Positions 29,286 through 38,961 of a stretch of 64,000 bases of DNA are shown piece after piece; positions within the stretch are counted from its first letter, which is position 1, and the number at the start of each line of letters is the position of its first letter. The stretch covers positions 1-64,000 of IMG/VR virus record IMGVR_UViG_3300035156_000041. The stretch is one strand, 5' to 3'. Origin of the DNA: a virus. Position numbers and translations under genes: made by a program. The notes under the pieces were generated by a model that ran no database searches, was not told the origin of the DNA, and saw only the letters and a program-made list of their open reading frames with translations.

Positions 29286-29993
29286 TTACTCTTGTGGAGC
29301 CTTGTCAACTGCTTTAACAGCAGGTTTGCTAACTTTCTTAGCAGCGGGTTTACGAGCTTTCTTGACAGGCTTAGGGTTTTGCAGTTCTTCCATCTTAGCG
29401 GCCAGCCAGTCGTTGCGCTGCTCATGACGGTCAATCCAGTCATTCGCCGTCAACCATACATCCTGTCCCTTGATAAGACCTTCAATCTCGTCAGTGCTCA
29501 AAAAACCGGCATAAGTACGACGCACCCAATCTGGCATAAACTTGTTATAGAACTGCGTCGATGCTGCAAATTCGTTGTACGCGCCGCCTGTACCAAGGCT
29601 ACCAGAGTGAATCAAGGAATTAAATCCTTCTGACAACTCAAACGACAGAGAGTTGAGCAGGATAGCACTAGCAGCGGATGAACAGTTGCCCGTAGCTACA
29701 GTGTGGATGTGTGCCTTGCAGCCAATCATAGCGTGGATAAAAGCGTCCGTAGCGTCCATGTTGCCACCAGGGGACTGCAAACGAATTTCAATCTCGTCAT
29801 CCTCGCCAGCCATGTTCATAGCCTGGATAGCGTATTCAAACTGGCTAACATCTTCAATCTGACGATTCAAGTTAATGATGTATGTGCCAGAACGACTTGG
29901 CAGGTAGGAAACATCGAAGGGTCCGCAAGCATCGTCATCACGGCGGGACGCTTTAGGTTCGGTTTGGGAAGAGATTTTTGGTGAATTAAACAT
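29286..29993 (-). CDS. ClpP-like serine protease with a Lys/Pro/Ala-rich C-terminal tail
   Basis: I.LQSPGG, G.CSSAAS (Ser), LIHS (His), DVWLTA (Asp); ATG 29993 with AAGGA RBS. Confidence 0.85.
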   Translation of the reverse strand: MFNSPKISSQTEPKASRRDDDACGPFDVSYLPSRSGTYIINLNRQIEDVSQFEYAIQAMNMAGEDDEIEIRLQSPGGNMDATDAFIHAMIGCKAHIHTVATGNCSSAASAILLNSLSFELSEGFNSLIHSGSLGTGGAYNEFAASTQFYNKFMPDWVRRTYAGFLSTDEIEGLIKGQDVWLTANDWIDRHEQRNDWLAAKMEELQNPKPVKKARKPAAKKVSKPAVKAVDKAPQE

Positions 29994-30001
29994 GTTGTTC
30001 C

Positions 30002-30799
30002 TTAGGCGTAATAAAACATTTTCACAAGGCTGCGAGTAATACCGTCGCGTACGCAATCTTCGGGCATGAATGTAACTGAGCCAATCAAGTTTTGCAGGTT
30101 GTCCAAATCCTCGTCAGACATGTACTCTGGCTCATCTTCGATAGTCTTACTGATAAGACTGATAGTAGCTTGCAAACCACTCATACCGCGCATATCATTT
30201 TGTTTCCAATCTCCCGTCAGCAGGTAACTTGTCCCTTTACCAAGGCGAGTAAGCAACATCTCAAGATCACTTTCAGTGAAGTTTTGTACCTCCTCACAAA
30301 GTACTACAGCGTTTTCAAAAGATCGTCCACGAAGGAACTCCGCAGATTTGGTTTCAATAACCTCTTTCTCAACACAGTAGTTAAGGTAGCCTTGCCCCAT
30401 GAACGTGCCAAGGTGGATTAGTGTTTGTGCAAAGTAGGGTGCAAGTTTCTCTGTTTCTGTGCCGGGCAGGGAGCCTCCAGACTTCCCCGTTGATACGTTA
30501 GGCCGCACAAGATAAATCTTCTCAACTTTCTTTTCTTTCAGGAGCGTTGCAGCCCACCACGCAGCCAGCATACTTTTACCAGTCCCTGCCGATCCGCTGA
30601 GAAACAACACTCGCACGCCTGAGCGTAACAGTGCGACAGCATTCTTTTGATTCTGTGTAGCAGGTGTAAACTTAGCTACTGGCCCCTGACGGAGCATTTC
30701 TTCAGCAGCAATTTCAGCAAAGAACTTATCCTTGGCACACGGCTTAGGCGTCTCGTTATCAATCTTAGTACGGCGGGTACGAGCAACACGTTTGGTCAT
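30002..30799 (-). CDS. phoH: PhoH-family ATPase
   Basis: GSAGTGKS, RPNV...G.LPG..EK..PY, FLRGRSF, EEVQN, LTRLG, GD..Q.D motifs. Confidence 0.92.
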   Translation of the reverse strand: MTKRVARTRRTKIDNETPKPCAKDKFFAEIAAEEMLRQGPVAKFTPATQNQKNAVALLRSGVRVLFLSGSAGTGKSMLAAWWAATLLKEKKVEKIYLVRPNVSTGKSGGSLPGTETEKLAPYFAQTLIHLGTFMGQGYLNYCVEKEVIETKSAEFLRGRSFENAVVLCEEVQNFTESDLEMLLTRLGKGTSYLLTGDWKQNDMRGMSGLQATISLISKTIEDEPEYMSDEDLDNLQNLIGSVTFMPEDCVRDGITRSLVKMFYYA

Positions 30800-30814
30800 A
30801 ACACTTCCTTTATA

Positions 30815-31387
30815 TTACTTAGCTTCGGAGTTTTCTGCTTTAGGACGACCTTTAGGTTTTGGTGTTTCAACAGGTTCTTGTGCAGGTTTGTCGTTGGCAG
30901 CAGCCAACTCCCCACGCTCCATCCGAACTTCTTTTTGCCAGCCATGATCGGAAGGAGAACCTTCGACAAGTGTCCAGCCATCCTGCACATGTTTCTGGAT
31001 TTCTTGGCCAAGTTCGTAAGTACCGGATACAAGGAAGTTAGTAGTTTCTTTAGTCATAGGATAAGTCCTCTAGTGGTTGGTCATGCGGTGGGATGTAATA
31101 AATTGAGTAGTGCATATCGTTAGCAATTTCGTCAGCCTCGTACTCTGCGATAAAGTCTTCAAGATAGGTCATGCTGCTTCCTTCACGTCAGTTTTGCCAC
31201 CTTTGATAACAACCATAAGAGGCTCTTTGACCTTGATAGCTGTAAGATGCCCGTACACGGTGGTTCGGAACAGTGTTACATCGTTCTCTGTGACGCCTTC
31301 AGGCTCGATTCCGATGACGCTAGTAATATGGTGAAGCTTATTATCCATATCTTTGTAGTAGGCTGAAACTTTTGCTGTGTGAGACAT
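30815..31387 (-). CDS. Two small hypothetical proteins (30815-31057, 31169-31387)
   Basis: RBSs; leftward promoters at 31418-31446 and 31492-31520. Confidence 0.6.
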
Positions 31388-31634
31388 GACGTTCCTTACG
31401 TTGTGAGTAGTAAGGCTATTGTGAAGGAATTTTGAGAGCCTGTCAAGCGGTTATTTCTTGAGAGGAAGGCTCGTCAGCAAGACAAGTACTTATTATAGTA
31501 CGAAGTGTGCCTGTTGTCAAGATATTTCGAGTTGTCTTGGTAGAGTGATAACACATAATAAATTTAACTTGACTTTTGGCACATCTTATGCTATCATGGC
31601 GTTATTAGAGAAATAAACATAACAAGGAGGCCAT

Positions 31635-31961
31635 TTGGGCGCACAATTAAAGCCAGTGGCTACAGAGGTTGGATTTGCCAGGCGGCAAAATCACCCTCTC
31701 TCCAAGCTTCTCAAAAGTTTGACAGCAGAGAGTCAAGATGCCGTGGATGTTCTTGTGGCTCTTACGAAATCCACGGATGAAAAGATCAAGCTTGCTGCTG
31801 CTACGAAGCTTCTGGAGTTTCAGGAGAGCGTTGCTAAGTCGATTGAGAATGACGCTCTTATGCGCGTTATGGCTAACGCTAAGTATGGCGGGCCAAAAGA
31901 GTTGGCTGAAGGTGAAGATGAGACGGTTTTGATAGATTACACTGTTCAAGACCCGGAGTAA
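31635..31961 (+). CDS. Candidate terminase small subunit
   Basis: AAGGAGG RBS with TTG start; helical ~108 aa; first gene of the late operon upstream of TerL (position-based call). Confidence 0.45.
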   Translation: MGAQLKPVATEVGFARRQNHPLSKLLKSLTAESQDAVDVLVALTKSTDEKIKLAAATKLLEFQESVAKSIENDALMRVMANAKYGGPKELAEGEDETVLIDYTVQDPE

Positions 31962-31968
31962 AAGTTTA

Positions 31969-32044
31969 GCCGCCGTAGCTCAGTTGGCAGAGCGCCAGAT
32001 TTGTAATCTGGATGTCAGGGATTCGATTTCTCTCGGCGGCACCA
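31969..32044 (+). tRNA. tRNA-Thr (anticodon TGT) with encoded CCA
   Basis: GCCGCCG/CGGCGGC acceptor stem, D-arm AGCTCAGTTGGCAGAGC, anticodon arm CCAGA-TTTGTAA-TCTGG, TTCGA T-loop, ACCA end. Confidence 0.95.
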
Positions 32045-32082
32045 GAATTAGCCGTGTACCGGCACAACTAGAGACGAAAACT

Positions 32083-32625
32083 ATGAAAACTCTGGATAAA
32101 GAAGTACAAATTGCAATTATCAACGAAGCTGGCAGTACGTATAGGAATCACTTGTTAGGTTTGACTAAGCAGTCCAGTGACACGAAGGCGTGCATTCAAG
32201 CAGCAACACTCGCTGCACAAGGCTTTATTGACATGTTCAGTAAGAACCTCACCAGTACGTGGAAGATTGATCCAAATGGCAATGTAACAGCCGAGAATAT
32301 TAAAATTGGTAATTTGTCCACTATTTCGGCTACTTATGGCGGCTCTAAGAGTATGACAGTCACTTTATACAAATGGGCGCTGACACAACCTAGTGTACCT
32401 GAATTTTGTGTCGTTCAGTGGGAGTCAAACACCATTATGAAAGGCAGTAAACTAACTGGTTGGTCTTCTGTTGAACCGGGCAAAGGTAGTTTTGGCAATG
32501 CTGGTGAAACACTGTTTGAGCTAAAAGTGAATGTTTCTGCACCAGATAATGAAATCTACACTGCTGTTGATTTCAAAGACTACAAAATACAAAGTATTGC
32601 CTACAATGGCAAGCAAGGAATCTGA
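32083..32625 (+). CDS. Protein containing a paralogous copy of a central-tail-fibre repeat
   Basis: ATG 32083 after the tRNA; alignable by eye to segments of 58770-61430. Confidence 0.75.
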   Translation: MKTLDKEVQIAIINEAGSTYRNHLLGLTKQSSDTKACIQAATLAAQGFIDMFSKNLTSTWKIDPNGNVTAENIKIGNLSTISATYGGSKSMTVTLYKWALTQPSVPEFCVVQWESNTIMKGSKLTGWSSVEPGKGSFGNAGETLFELKVNVSAPDNEIYTAVDFKDYKIQSIAYNGKQGI

Positions 32626-32927
32626 AGGCAGCTACCTGAAGACGATAGCCGTACTCTGTAAGGCTCGGCAGAGGAAATTTACACGGGGGTATGAGTCCCA
32701 ATGAGAGTAATTTAAGAATTTGCTTTTCGGGGCTAGCAGGAACAAGTGGCTAGTCGGTAAAGAGCAATGTGTGGAGAGGCCCGCAGTATGGTGGGCATGT
32801 TGCATTAGCATAGGCAGAGTAGCTGTGCAGCACGATTACGTATCAGGCGGGGCATCCTTAATGGGTGTATCCCGCTGTAGTTGTTTCTAAGAGGTGGATT
32901 ACCTCGCTAATTATAAATGAGGAATTC

Positions 32928-34358
32928 ATGGCAAAAATTAAAAAACAAAAGTTTTCACCCTCTAGTGAGAAACAGCGACTAGTCTTGATTGAAGATGATG
33001 TTGACATCTTGCTCACAGGCGGCGGCGCTGGCTCTGGAAAAAGTTTCCTTGCGTTACTTAAAGCCGTTGGCCTCTGCATGGTAGACAGCGCAGCAAAAGT
33101 CATGATCTTGCGGCTATCCTACCCGATGCTGAAAGACCTTATCAGTGCGTCTAAACAGATTTATCCTCATTTTGGCGGAGAGTATAAGACCCAAGCCCGT
33201 ACGTGGGTGTTTCCTAACGGCACTGAGATTGACTTTAAAGCTATGCCACGAGACTTGTACGAAGTCCAGGGGTGGGAGAGGACCACATATATCGTAGATG
33301 AAGCCGCTGAGTTTCAATTGACAGATATCCTAGCAATTCTAAGCCGTCTCAGGAGTGCTACGTACAAAGGTAAGAAGAGTTTGTTGCTCACGTGCAACCC
33401 TTCTAAAACATCTTACCTCTTAGACTGGGTTCAGTTCTCATTGGATCAAGAGGGCATTCCCTTGCCCGGCACTGAGGATCGAGTCCGTTACTTCGTTGTA
33501 CAAAATAGCCACGTCAAATGGGCTGACAGTGCAGATGAGTTATACGAGAAGTATGGGGCAGGCTTAAAACTAGGCATTGAGTTTGTGCCGCTGAAAATGA
33601 AATTCATCCCTATGTTGTGTTATGACAACAAAGTGTTGATGAAAGCTGACCCTGGCTACCCAGGCCGCTTGATGTCGCAGCCCCGTGTAAATCAACTTCG
33701 TCTGCTCTACGGCTCTTGGTATGCTGCTGTTGAGGGTAGTTCGATGGTCACGGAGGATATGTTTGAGATTGTCGAGCATCCACCAATTAACCCAATCGCA
33801 AAGCTACGAGGCTGGGACATGGCTGCGTCCATCCCTAATGAGGCCAACAACTTTCGTTGTGATTGGACCGCTGGCGTGCTAATGTCAAAAGATGCCTTCG
33901 GTAATTTCTATATTGAAGATGTAGAAAGGTTTCAAAAACAAATTGATGGAGTGTTGAAGGGAATTCGGGACACAGCATGGCAAGATGGTTTGGAAATTAC
34001 CCAAGTAATCCCATGTGACCCCGCACAGGCTGGCCTAGTAGCCAATCGATTCTACACGACATTCTTAGCTGAGGGCGGTGTTACGACGCGGACAGAGAAG
34101 GCCAATCCCCACGCTAACAAGGCTACCCGTTTTGGACCATTTGCAAGTGTTGCCGCCAATGGAGCTATAAAATTAGTCCGTGGAGATTGGAACCGTGCAT
34201 ACTTAGATGAAGTTTGTTTCTTTACGGGTAAAAAGGGAGACACAGATGACCAAGCTGACGCGACTAGCACTACCTTCAACCAGCTTGCACGCCAAATGAT
34301 TATCCCCACATTTTCTCTTTCGGCCTTTACTAACCCCAGCCCTGTGCCTACGATTTAG
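32928..34358 (+). CDS. terL: Terminase large subunit
   Basis: Walker A GGGAGSGKS, Walker B YIVDEA, TCNP, RNase H-like WDMA...DDQADA; GAGGA RBS before ATG 32928. Confidence 0.95.
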   Translation: MAKIKKQKFSPSSEKQRLVLIEDDVDILLTGGGAGSGKSFLALLKAVGLCMVDSAAKVMILRLSYPMLKDLISASKQIYPHFGGEYKTQARTWVFPNGTEIDFKAMPRDLYEVQGWERTTYIVDEAAEFQLTDILAILSRLRSATYKGKKSLLLTCNPSKTSYLLDWVQFSLDQEGIPLPGTEDRVRYFVVQNSHVKWADSADELYEKYGAGLKLGIEFVPLKMKFIPMLCYDNKVLMKADPGYPGRLMSQPRVNQLRLLYGSWYAAVEGSSMVTEDMFEIVEHPPINPIAKLRGWDMAASIPNEANNFRCDWTAGVLMSKDAFGNFYIEDVERFQKQIDGVLKGIRDTAWQDGLEITQVIPCDPAQAGLVANRFYTTFLAEGGVTTRTEKANPHANKATRFGPFASVAANGAIKLVRGDWNRAYLDEVCFFTGKKGDTDDQADATSTTFNQLARQMIIPTFSLSAFTNPSPVPTI

Positions 34359-34436
34359 TGTGTACAGTACAAATAGTTCTTGACAAACAACACACACCGT
34401 GCTACAATGAGTGTTAATTAGAGGAATACAACGCCT

Positions 34437-35945
34437 ATGGCTGACAACACTACGCCTGACGGCGCTGACAATTCCGCAGCATTGCAAGCTGACGACGGCA
34501 CGACGATCCCCCGCTTACGCTTAGGTGAAGTGGGCTTTTCTGCGCTTAAGCAGCGCAATGGTCGTATCATGGAAGAAGCTAACACGCAATTTCAAATGCC
34601 TTATCTGGCTAAAGTTATTGCTGATATGTCTTACTCCCCTGCTGTCAGTATCGGCTTGGGTGCCATCAATACACTTATCAGTCGCTCGCAGGTAGCTGTA
34701 GAGCCTGTAATTGGTGAGAATAGTGTCGATAAGGTACGTCGAGAGTATCTGCTTTCCGTACTGCACGACATGGAGAACTCCTTTCAGAGTACTTTGCAAA
34801 ACATCGCTACGTCTAAAGAGTGGGGCCACCAAGTTAGTGAGATTGTACTAGGTCGCAGGCTTTGGAGCAAGGGTTCCAAGCACAATGACGGGCTTATCCG
34901 AGTCACTAAGTTGGCACACCGTCCTCAAGCCACGTTGGTAAAGTGGAACTATGACGAATCCGGTAGGAACCTGCTTAGTGTCAGCCAAAGTATTGCTAAC
35001 GTTGAAAACTCCTATCGCTTCCAGTCGCAGACAGATGAGAACGGGCTTATTGTAATTCCTCGTGAAAAGTTCTTACTTTTCCGCTCGGACGCCACATCAG
35101 ATAACCCGCATGGAGCTAGCTGTCTTAAGAGTGTGTATCTAGCATGGAAACAGCTCACACTTCTAGAAGAAAACATGCTTCGTGGAGTGGCTAAAGACAC
35201 CTCCGGTATCCCTTTTGCGCAGTTGCCAGTAAAATTCCTTGATCCTAATGCTTCTGCTGAGGATAAAGCTGTTTACACGGCAACCAAAGCTATCCTTGAC
35301 GATATCGCTGACGGTGTTTCCCGAAGCATTATCTTCCCGATGATGAAGGACGATCAGAATAATGATATGTTCTCGCTTCAGTTGTTGGAGCAAAAGGGTG
35401 GCAAAGCTTATGACCTGCCGGGAATTATTCGTCAACTTCAGGCGAATATTCTCAGCGTCCTCAGTGCCGACTCCATCACAATGGGCGCTGATAAGAGTGG
35501 TTCAATGTCCCTGCAAGACTCCGACACGAACATGTTGGCGCTGCGCGTAAGCTTCCTGCTCTCGCAGATTAGTGACACAATTAACCAAGAATTAGTTCCA
35601 CTCTTGTGGAGGCTTAATGGCTGGTCACAAGACCGTATGCCACAAGTCTACTTTAAAGATGTGTCATCCGTATCTCTCGAAGAGTTCTCGAAGTTCTTCC
35701 AACGTGTAGCAGCAGTGGGCGGAATTGAGTATACGCGTGATGTACTCAATAAAGTCCGCGAAGTCGGTGGTTTTGATCTACTCCCAGAAGACGAGGCAGT
35801 AGACATCGATAAACTCTCCACAACTATGGCAGGCAAGGCGTCAGGTAGTGGTGCCGGTCTTGCTGTAGGTGCTAATGGTGATGGTACAGCTAAGACTCCG
35901 GGTGGGCAAGACAATTCAGTTAAAAACACAGAAAATAAAGCATAA
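34437..35945 (+). CDS. Portal protein
   Basis: 502 aa directly after TerL; IPREKFLLF...NP.G.S.L..VY..W portal-like motif. Confidence 0.85.
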   Translation: MADNTTPDGADNSAALQADDGTTIPRLRLGEVGFSALKQRNGRIMEEANTQFQMPYLAKVIADMSYSPAVSIGLGAINTLISRSQVAVEPVIGENSVDKVRREYLLSVLHDMENSFQSTLQNIATSKEWGHQVSEIVLGRRLWSKGSKHNDGLIRVTKLAHRPQATLVKWNYDESGRNLLSVSQSIANVENSYRFQSQTDENGLIVIPREKFLLFRSDATSDNPHGASCLKSVYLAWKQLTLLEENMLRGVAKDTSGIPFAQLPVKFLDPNASAEDKAVYTATKAILDDIADGVSRSIIFPMMKDDQNNDMFSLQLLEQKGGKAYDLPGIIRQLQANILSVLSADSITMGADKSGSMSLQDSDTNMLALRVSFLLSQISDTINQELVPLLWRLNGWSQDRMPQVYFKDVSSVSLEEFSKFFQRVAAVGGIEYTRDVLNKVREVGGFDLLPEDEAVDIDKLSTTMAGKASGSGAGLAVGANGDGTAKTPGGQDNSVKNTENKA

Positions 35946-35954
35946 GGAGCTTCA

Positions 35955-36797
35955 TTGAAAGCACATTCACTTCATAGGCTCCTAGCCTCACTGTATGGGC
36001 GACCTCACTTGATTAGCCGGGACGCTTTTCAAAGCGTTTCCACATACCTTAACTCCCGTAATGCAGGACTGCTAACCTTCCCCGACGATAGCAAACAGGC
36101 TGAGAAGCCTCCCTCGTTCGACACAAATGCAGGTATCGGGGTGCTTACAGTACGAGGTAGCTTAACATACCGTGCAAGCGGCTGGGAAGCTCTTTGCGGA
36201 GGCTACTCGTACGAATCCCTAATGGCAGACGCCACTGAGATGGTCGAAGCAGGTATTAAGACTATCATCATTGATGCTGATTCAGGTGGTGGGGAGGCCT
36301 ACGGCTGTTTTGAAACTGCCGACGAGTTTTCAGCTATGTGTGCAGCCAACGGAGTAAAGACTTATGGGTATGTAGACGGCACAGCCGCTTCTGCAATGTA
36401 TGGTTTGATCTGCGTATGTGATGAGGTAGTAGCAAACCCATTTGCCGAGGTAGGGTCTATCGGGGTGCTTATTGCACTGATGAATGATTCGGAGTACCTG
36501 AAAAAAGAAGGTATTGAGCGAATCTTTATCACAGACGGAACTGAAAAAGTTCCATTTGCAGATGATGGCTCTTTCCGGGAAGGTTTCATTGAAGACTTGG
36601 AAGCTCGTTGTGCAGAACTTGGTGACGCGTTTCGCTCACACGTAAGTTCGTACACTGGATTGTCGGTCGAGGACTTGAAGGCCACTAACGCCAAAGTCTA
36701 CTCCGCACAAGATGCTCTTGAAATTGGCCTGATTAATAAAATTCAAACTCGTTCGGAGTTCATCTCCTACGTAGCTAACAAACACAAAGGGGCATGA
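35955..36797 (+). CDS. Prohead protease, S49 family
   Basis: DSGGGE, AASAMY, VGSIGV, A.EIGLI motifs. Confidence 0.9.
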   Translation: MKAHSLHRLLASLYGRPHLISRDAFQSVSTYLNSRNAGLLTFPDDSKQAEKPPSFDTNAGIGVLTVRGSLTYRASGWEALCGGYSYESLMADATEMVEAGIKTIIIDADSGGGEAYGCFETADEFSAMCAANGVKTYGYVDGTAASAMYGLICVCDEVVANPFAEVGSIGVLIALMNDSEYLKKEGIERIFITDGTEKVPFADDGSFREGFIEDLEARCAELGDAFRSHVSSYTGLSVEDLKATNAKVYSAQDALEIGLINKIQTRSEFISYVANKHKGA

Positions 36798-36798
36798 A

Positions 36799-37341
36799 AT
36801 GCTTAAAGATTTGATGAAGAAAGTTTTCCCTGCTTCGGCAGATAACGCAGCTTCGGCTGAAAACAGTGAGGTAGTCCCAGAAATGACGACACAAGAACAG
36901 CAGCCAACCGCTGCTAATGAACAACTAGCGGAGATGGCAGCAGCACTTGCAACGGCTACTGAGGCTCAAGCCACAATGCAATCGCAAATGGCCGAACTCG
37001 CTACTAAATACGCAGCAGCAGAAGCAGCCCTCGCAGCCTCTGCTCAAGCACAAGAAATGCTTATTTCGCAAGCCAAAGCAGCCAAGATGGAAGCTCGTAC
37101 AGCATCCTTGTCGGCAGTGATGGGCGATGTTAAAGGTCCACAGATGGCTGTTGCTCTTGAAAGCCTTGGCGATGAATCTTTCGCCACTGTTCTCAGCGGT
37201 TATGCAGCTAGCTTTGAGGCTGAAAGCAAATCCGAGATGTTTTCGGAAAAAGGAGTAGCTGCTGAGGCGGCTCCAGTAGTAGAAGAAGATACAGCAACCC
37301 GTCTCGCAGCATCCCTTGCTGCAACATTTAAAACGAAATAA
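36799..37341 (+). CDS. Scaffolding-like coiled-coil protein
   Basis: Ala/Glu-rich helical protein between the protease and capsid genes. Confidence 0.65.
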   Translation: MLKDLMKKVFPASADNAASAENSEVVPEMTTQEQQPTAANEQLAEMAAALATATEAQATMQSQMAELATKYAAAEAALAASAQAQEMLISQAKAAKMEARTASLSAVMGDVKGPQMAVALESLGDESFATVLSGYAASFEAESKSEMFSEKGVAAEAAPVVEEDTATRLAASLAATFKTK

Positions 37342-37350
37342 GGAAATATA

Positions 37351-37767
37351 ATGCCAATTATCGCCACTGACTCGCAACGTTATAGCAATGTTGTGAAACG
37401 CGAAGCCGGTCCTGAATGGGGCCAATGCAAGAAAATGGTAGTTCTGAACGGTGTCGCTGGCACCTTTCCAATCGGCACGGTTATCGGCCAAGTAACTGCA
37501 ACTGGTAAGTATAAAGTGGTGGAAGCCACTGCTACCGATGGTTCGCAAGTTGCTAGTGCTGTAGTGGTTGGCGACTTCATGGGCCATCCTGTACCAGTTA
37601 CTGTCGCAGCTAACACGGACGCTCGCGTTCTGGTTCTGTATCGCGGCGCATCGGCTGTTGCTGACAAGTCGCTGTCGTTTGGCACATCGGTTACGACTGG
37701 TGCTCTGACGCTGTCTCTGTATGCACAATTGGCGGCTGTCGGTATCGACGTTCTGCCAGCAATCTAA
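37351..37767 (+). CDS. Head decoration protein (lambda D-like)
   Basis: GTVIG....GKY...ATDGSQ.A.AV pattern; precedes the MCP. Confidence 0.85.
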   Translation: MPIIATDSQRYSNVVKREAGPEWGQCKKMVVLNGVAGTFPIGTVIGQVTATGKYKVVEATATDGSQVASAVVVGDFMGHPVPVTVAANTDARVLVLYRGASAVADKSLSFGTSVTTGALTLSLYAQLAAVGIDVLPAI

Positions 37768-37811
37768 TAGTTGTCGTTGACAACAATCTTTGACAATTAA
37801 AAGGAAATAAC

Positions 37812-38846
37812 ATGCTGGTTCGTAGCCCCCTTAATAATTTTGATGTCGTTGACCTGACATCCGCTGTACGCAATCTACCTATTCAATATGGCACCTATAA
37901 CATGATGGGTATTTTTGAAGAGGAAGGTGTCGCTTCTGATACCGTCATGTTTGAAGAAACCACTTTGAATGGTGCTCTTATTCTTGACCGTGTTCGCGGT
38001 GAAAAGAATAACGTGAATACTGACGGTGTTCGTAAACTGCACACATTCCCTATTCCTCACTTCCCGCTCGATGACCATATCTCGCCTAAAGACTTGGCGC
38101 AGAAGTCGGCCTATGATAACTTCAATGAAATCGAACAACTGGATGCTGTCCGTGCTCGCAAAATGCTGCGTATGCGTCAGAACCACGATTGGACGTTGAA
38201 CGCTGCACGTGCTCAAGCGCTGTTCTCGGGCACAGCGTATGCTCCAAACGGCACGATTTCCATGAACTGGTTCCAAGAATTTAACGTTACTCAGACATCG
38301 GTAGACTTTGCGCTTGGCACTCCTGGCACTGAAGTACTGTCGAAAATTGAGTTGGTGATTCAAGCAACCCATGACGGTATGGGCGGTAACGGTGTCTTTA
38401 GTGGCATTATTGCACCTGTCAGTACCGGCTTCTTTAACAAACTGATTACGCACGCTAGCGTAAAAGCTGCATGGGTTTACGCTCAGCAAAACGCAGTTGG
38501 TTTTGACCCTATTCGCGGTCGTCTGGCTGACGGTAATTCGGTTATGCCCAACGGTCGTTCGTTCTTTTTCGGTGGTATTACCTTCCGCGAAGTTCGTGAC
38601 TCGTATAACGGTGTTTCGATTACCACCGCTAACGAAGGCGTTGCTGTGCCACAAGGTTCGGGCATGTTCAAAACGTACTTTGCTCCAGCAGAGCGTTTCG
38701 GTCTGGTCAATACCCAAGGCGAGAAAATGTACGCTTTTGAAGAGGCTGCAACTAACGGCACCAAGATCGACATCGAAACAGAATCGAATCATATTAGCTG
38801 CCTGACCCGTCCTCAAGCGGTTATTCGTCTGTTTTCTAGCAACTAA
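37812..38846 (+). CDS. Major capsid protein (lambda E-like)
   Basis: 344 aa; F.IPHFP..D, ETESN....TRP.A motifs; position. Confidence 0.92.
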   Translation: MLVRSPLNNFDVVDLTSAVRNLPIQYGTYNMMGIFEEEGVASDTVMFEETTLNGALILDRVRGEKNNVNTDGVRKLHTFPIPHFPLDDHISPKDLAQKSAYDNFNEIEQLDAVRARKMLRMRQNHDWTLNAARAQALFSGTAYAPNGTISMNWFQEFNVTQTSVDFALGTPGTEVLSKIELVIQATHDGMGGNGVFSGIIAPVSTGFFNKLITHASVKAAWVYAQQNAVGFDPIRGRLADGNSVMPNGRSFFFGGITFREVRDSYNGVSITTANEGVAVPQGSGMFKTYFAPAERFGLVNTQGEKMYAFEEAATNGTKIDIETESNHISCLTRPQAVIRLFSSN

Positions 38847-38961
38847 ATAAAATGCCTTTCGGGGCTTTTATACAACAAAGATAAGCTGGGAGTTGTCCAG
38901 CCTCTTTACCGATGTAATCTTATCGTGTATAATGGTAAGATTACATTAATAAGGAGCTTAA

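Noticed and set aside
31984-32082. N-terminal extension of the 213-aa ORF in the track
   Set aside because: It reads through the tRNA-Thr gene; ATG 32083 is the plausible start
36925-38816. Long antisense ORFs (267 and 313 aa) opposite the head genes, and similar ones opposite the tape measure gene
   Set aside because: Shadow frames of strongly codon-biased genes; no RBS or recognisable motifs
32928-38846. Introns or inteins in TerL, portal or MCP
   Set aside because: The ORFs are continuous and of normal length; all five endonuclease genes appear free-standing
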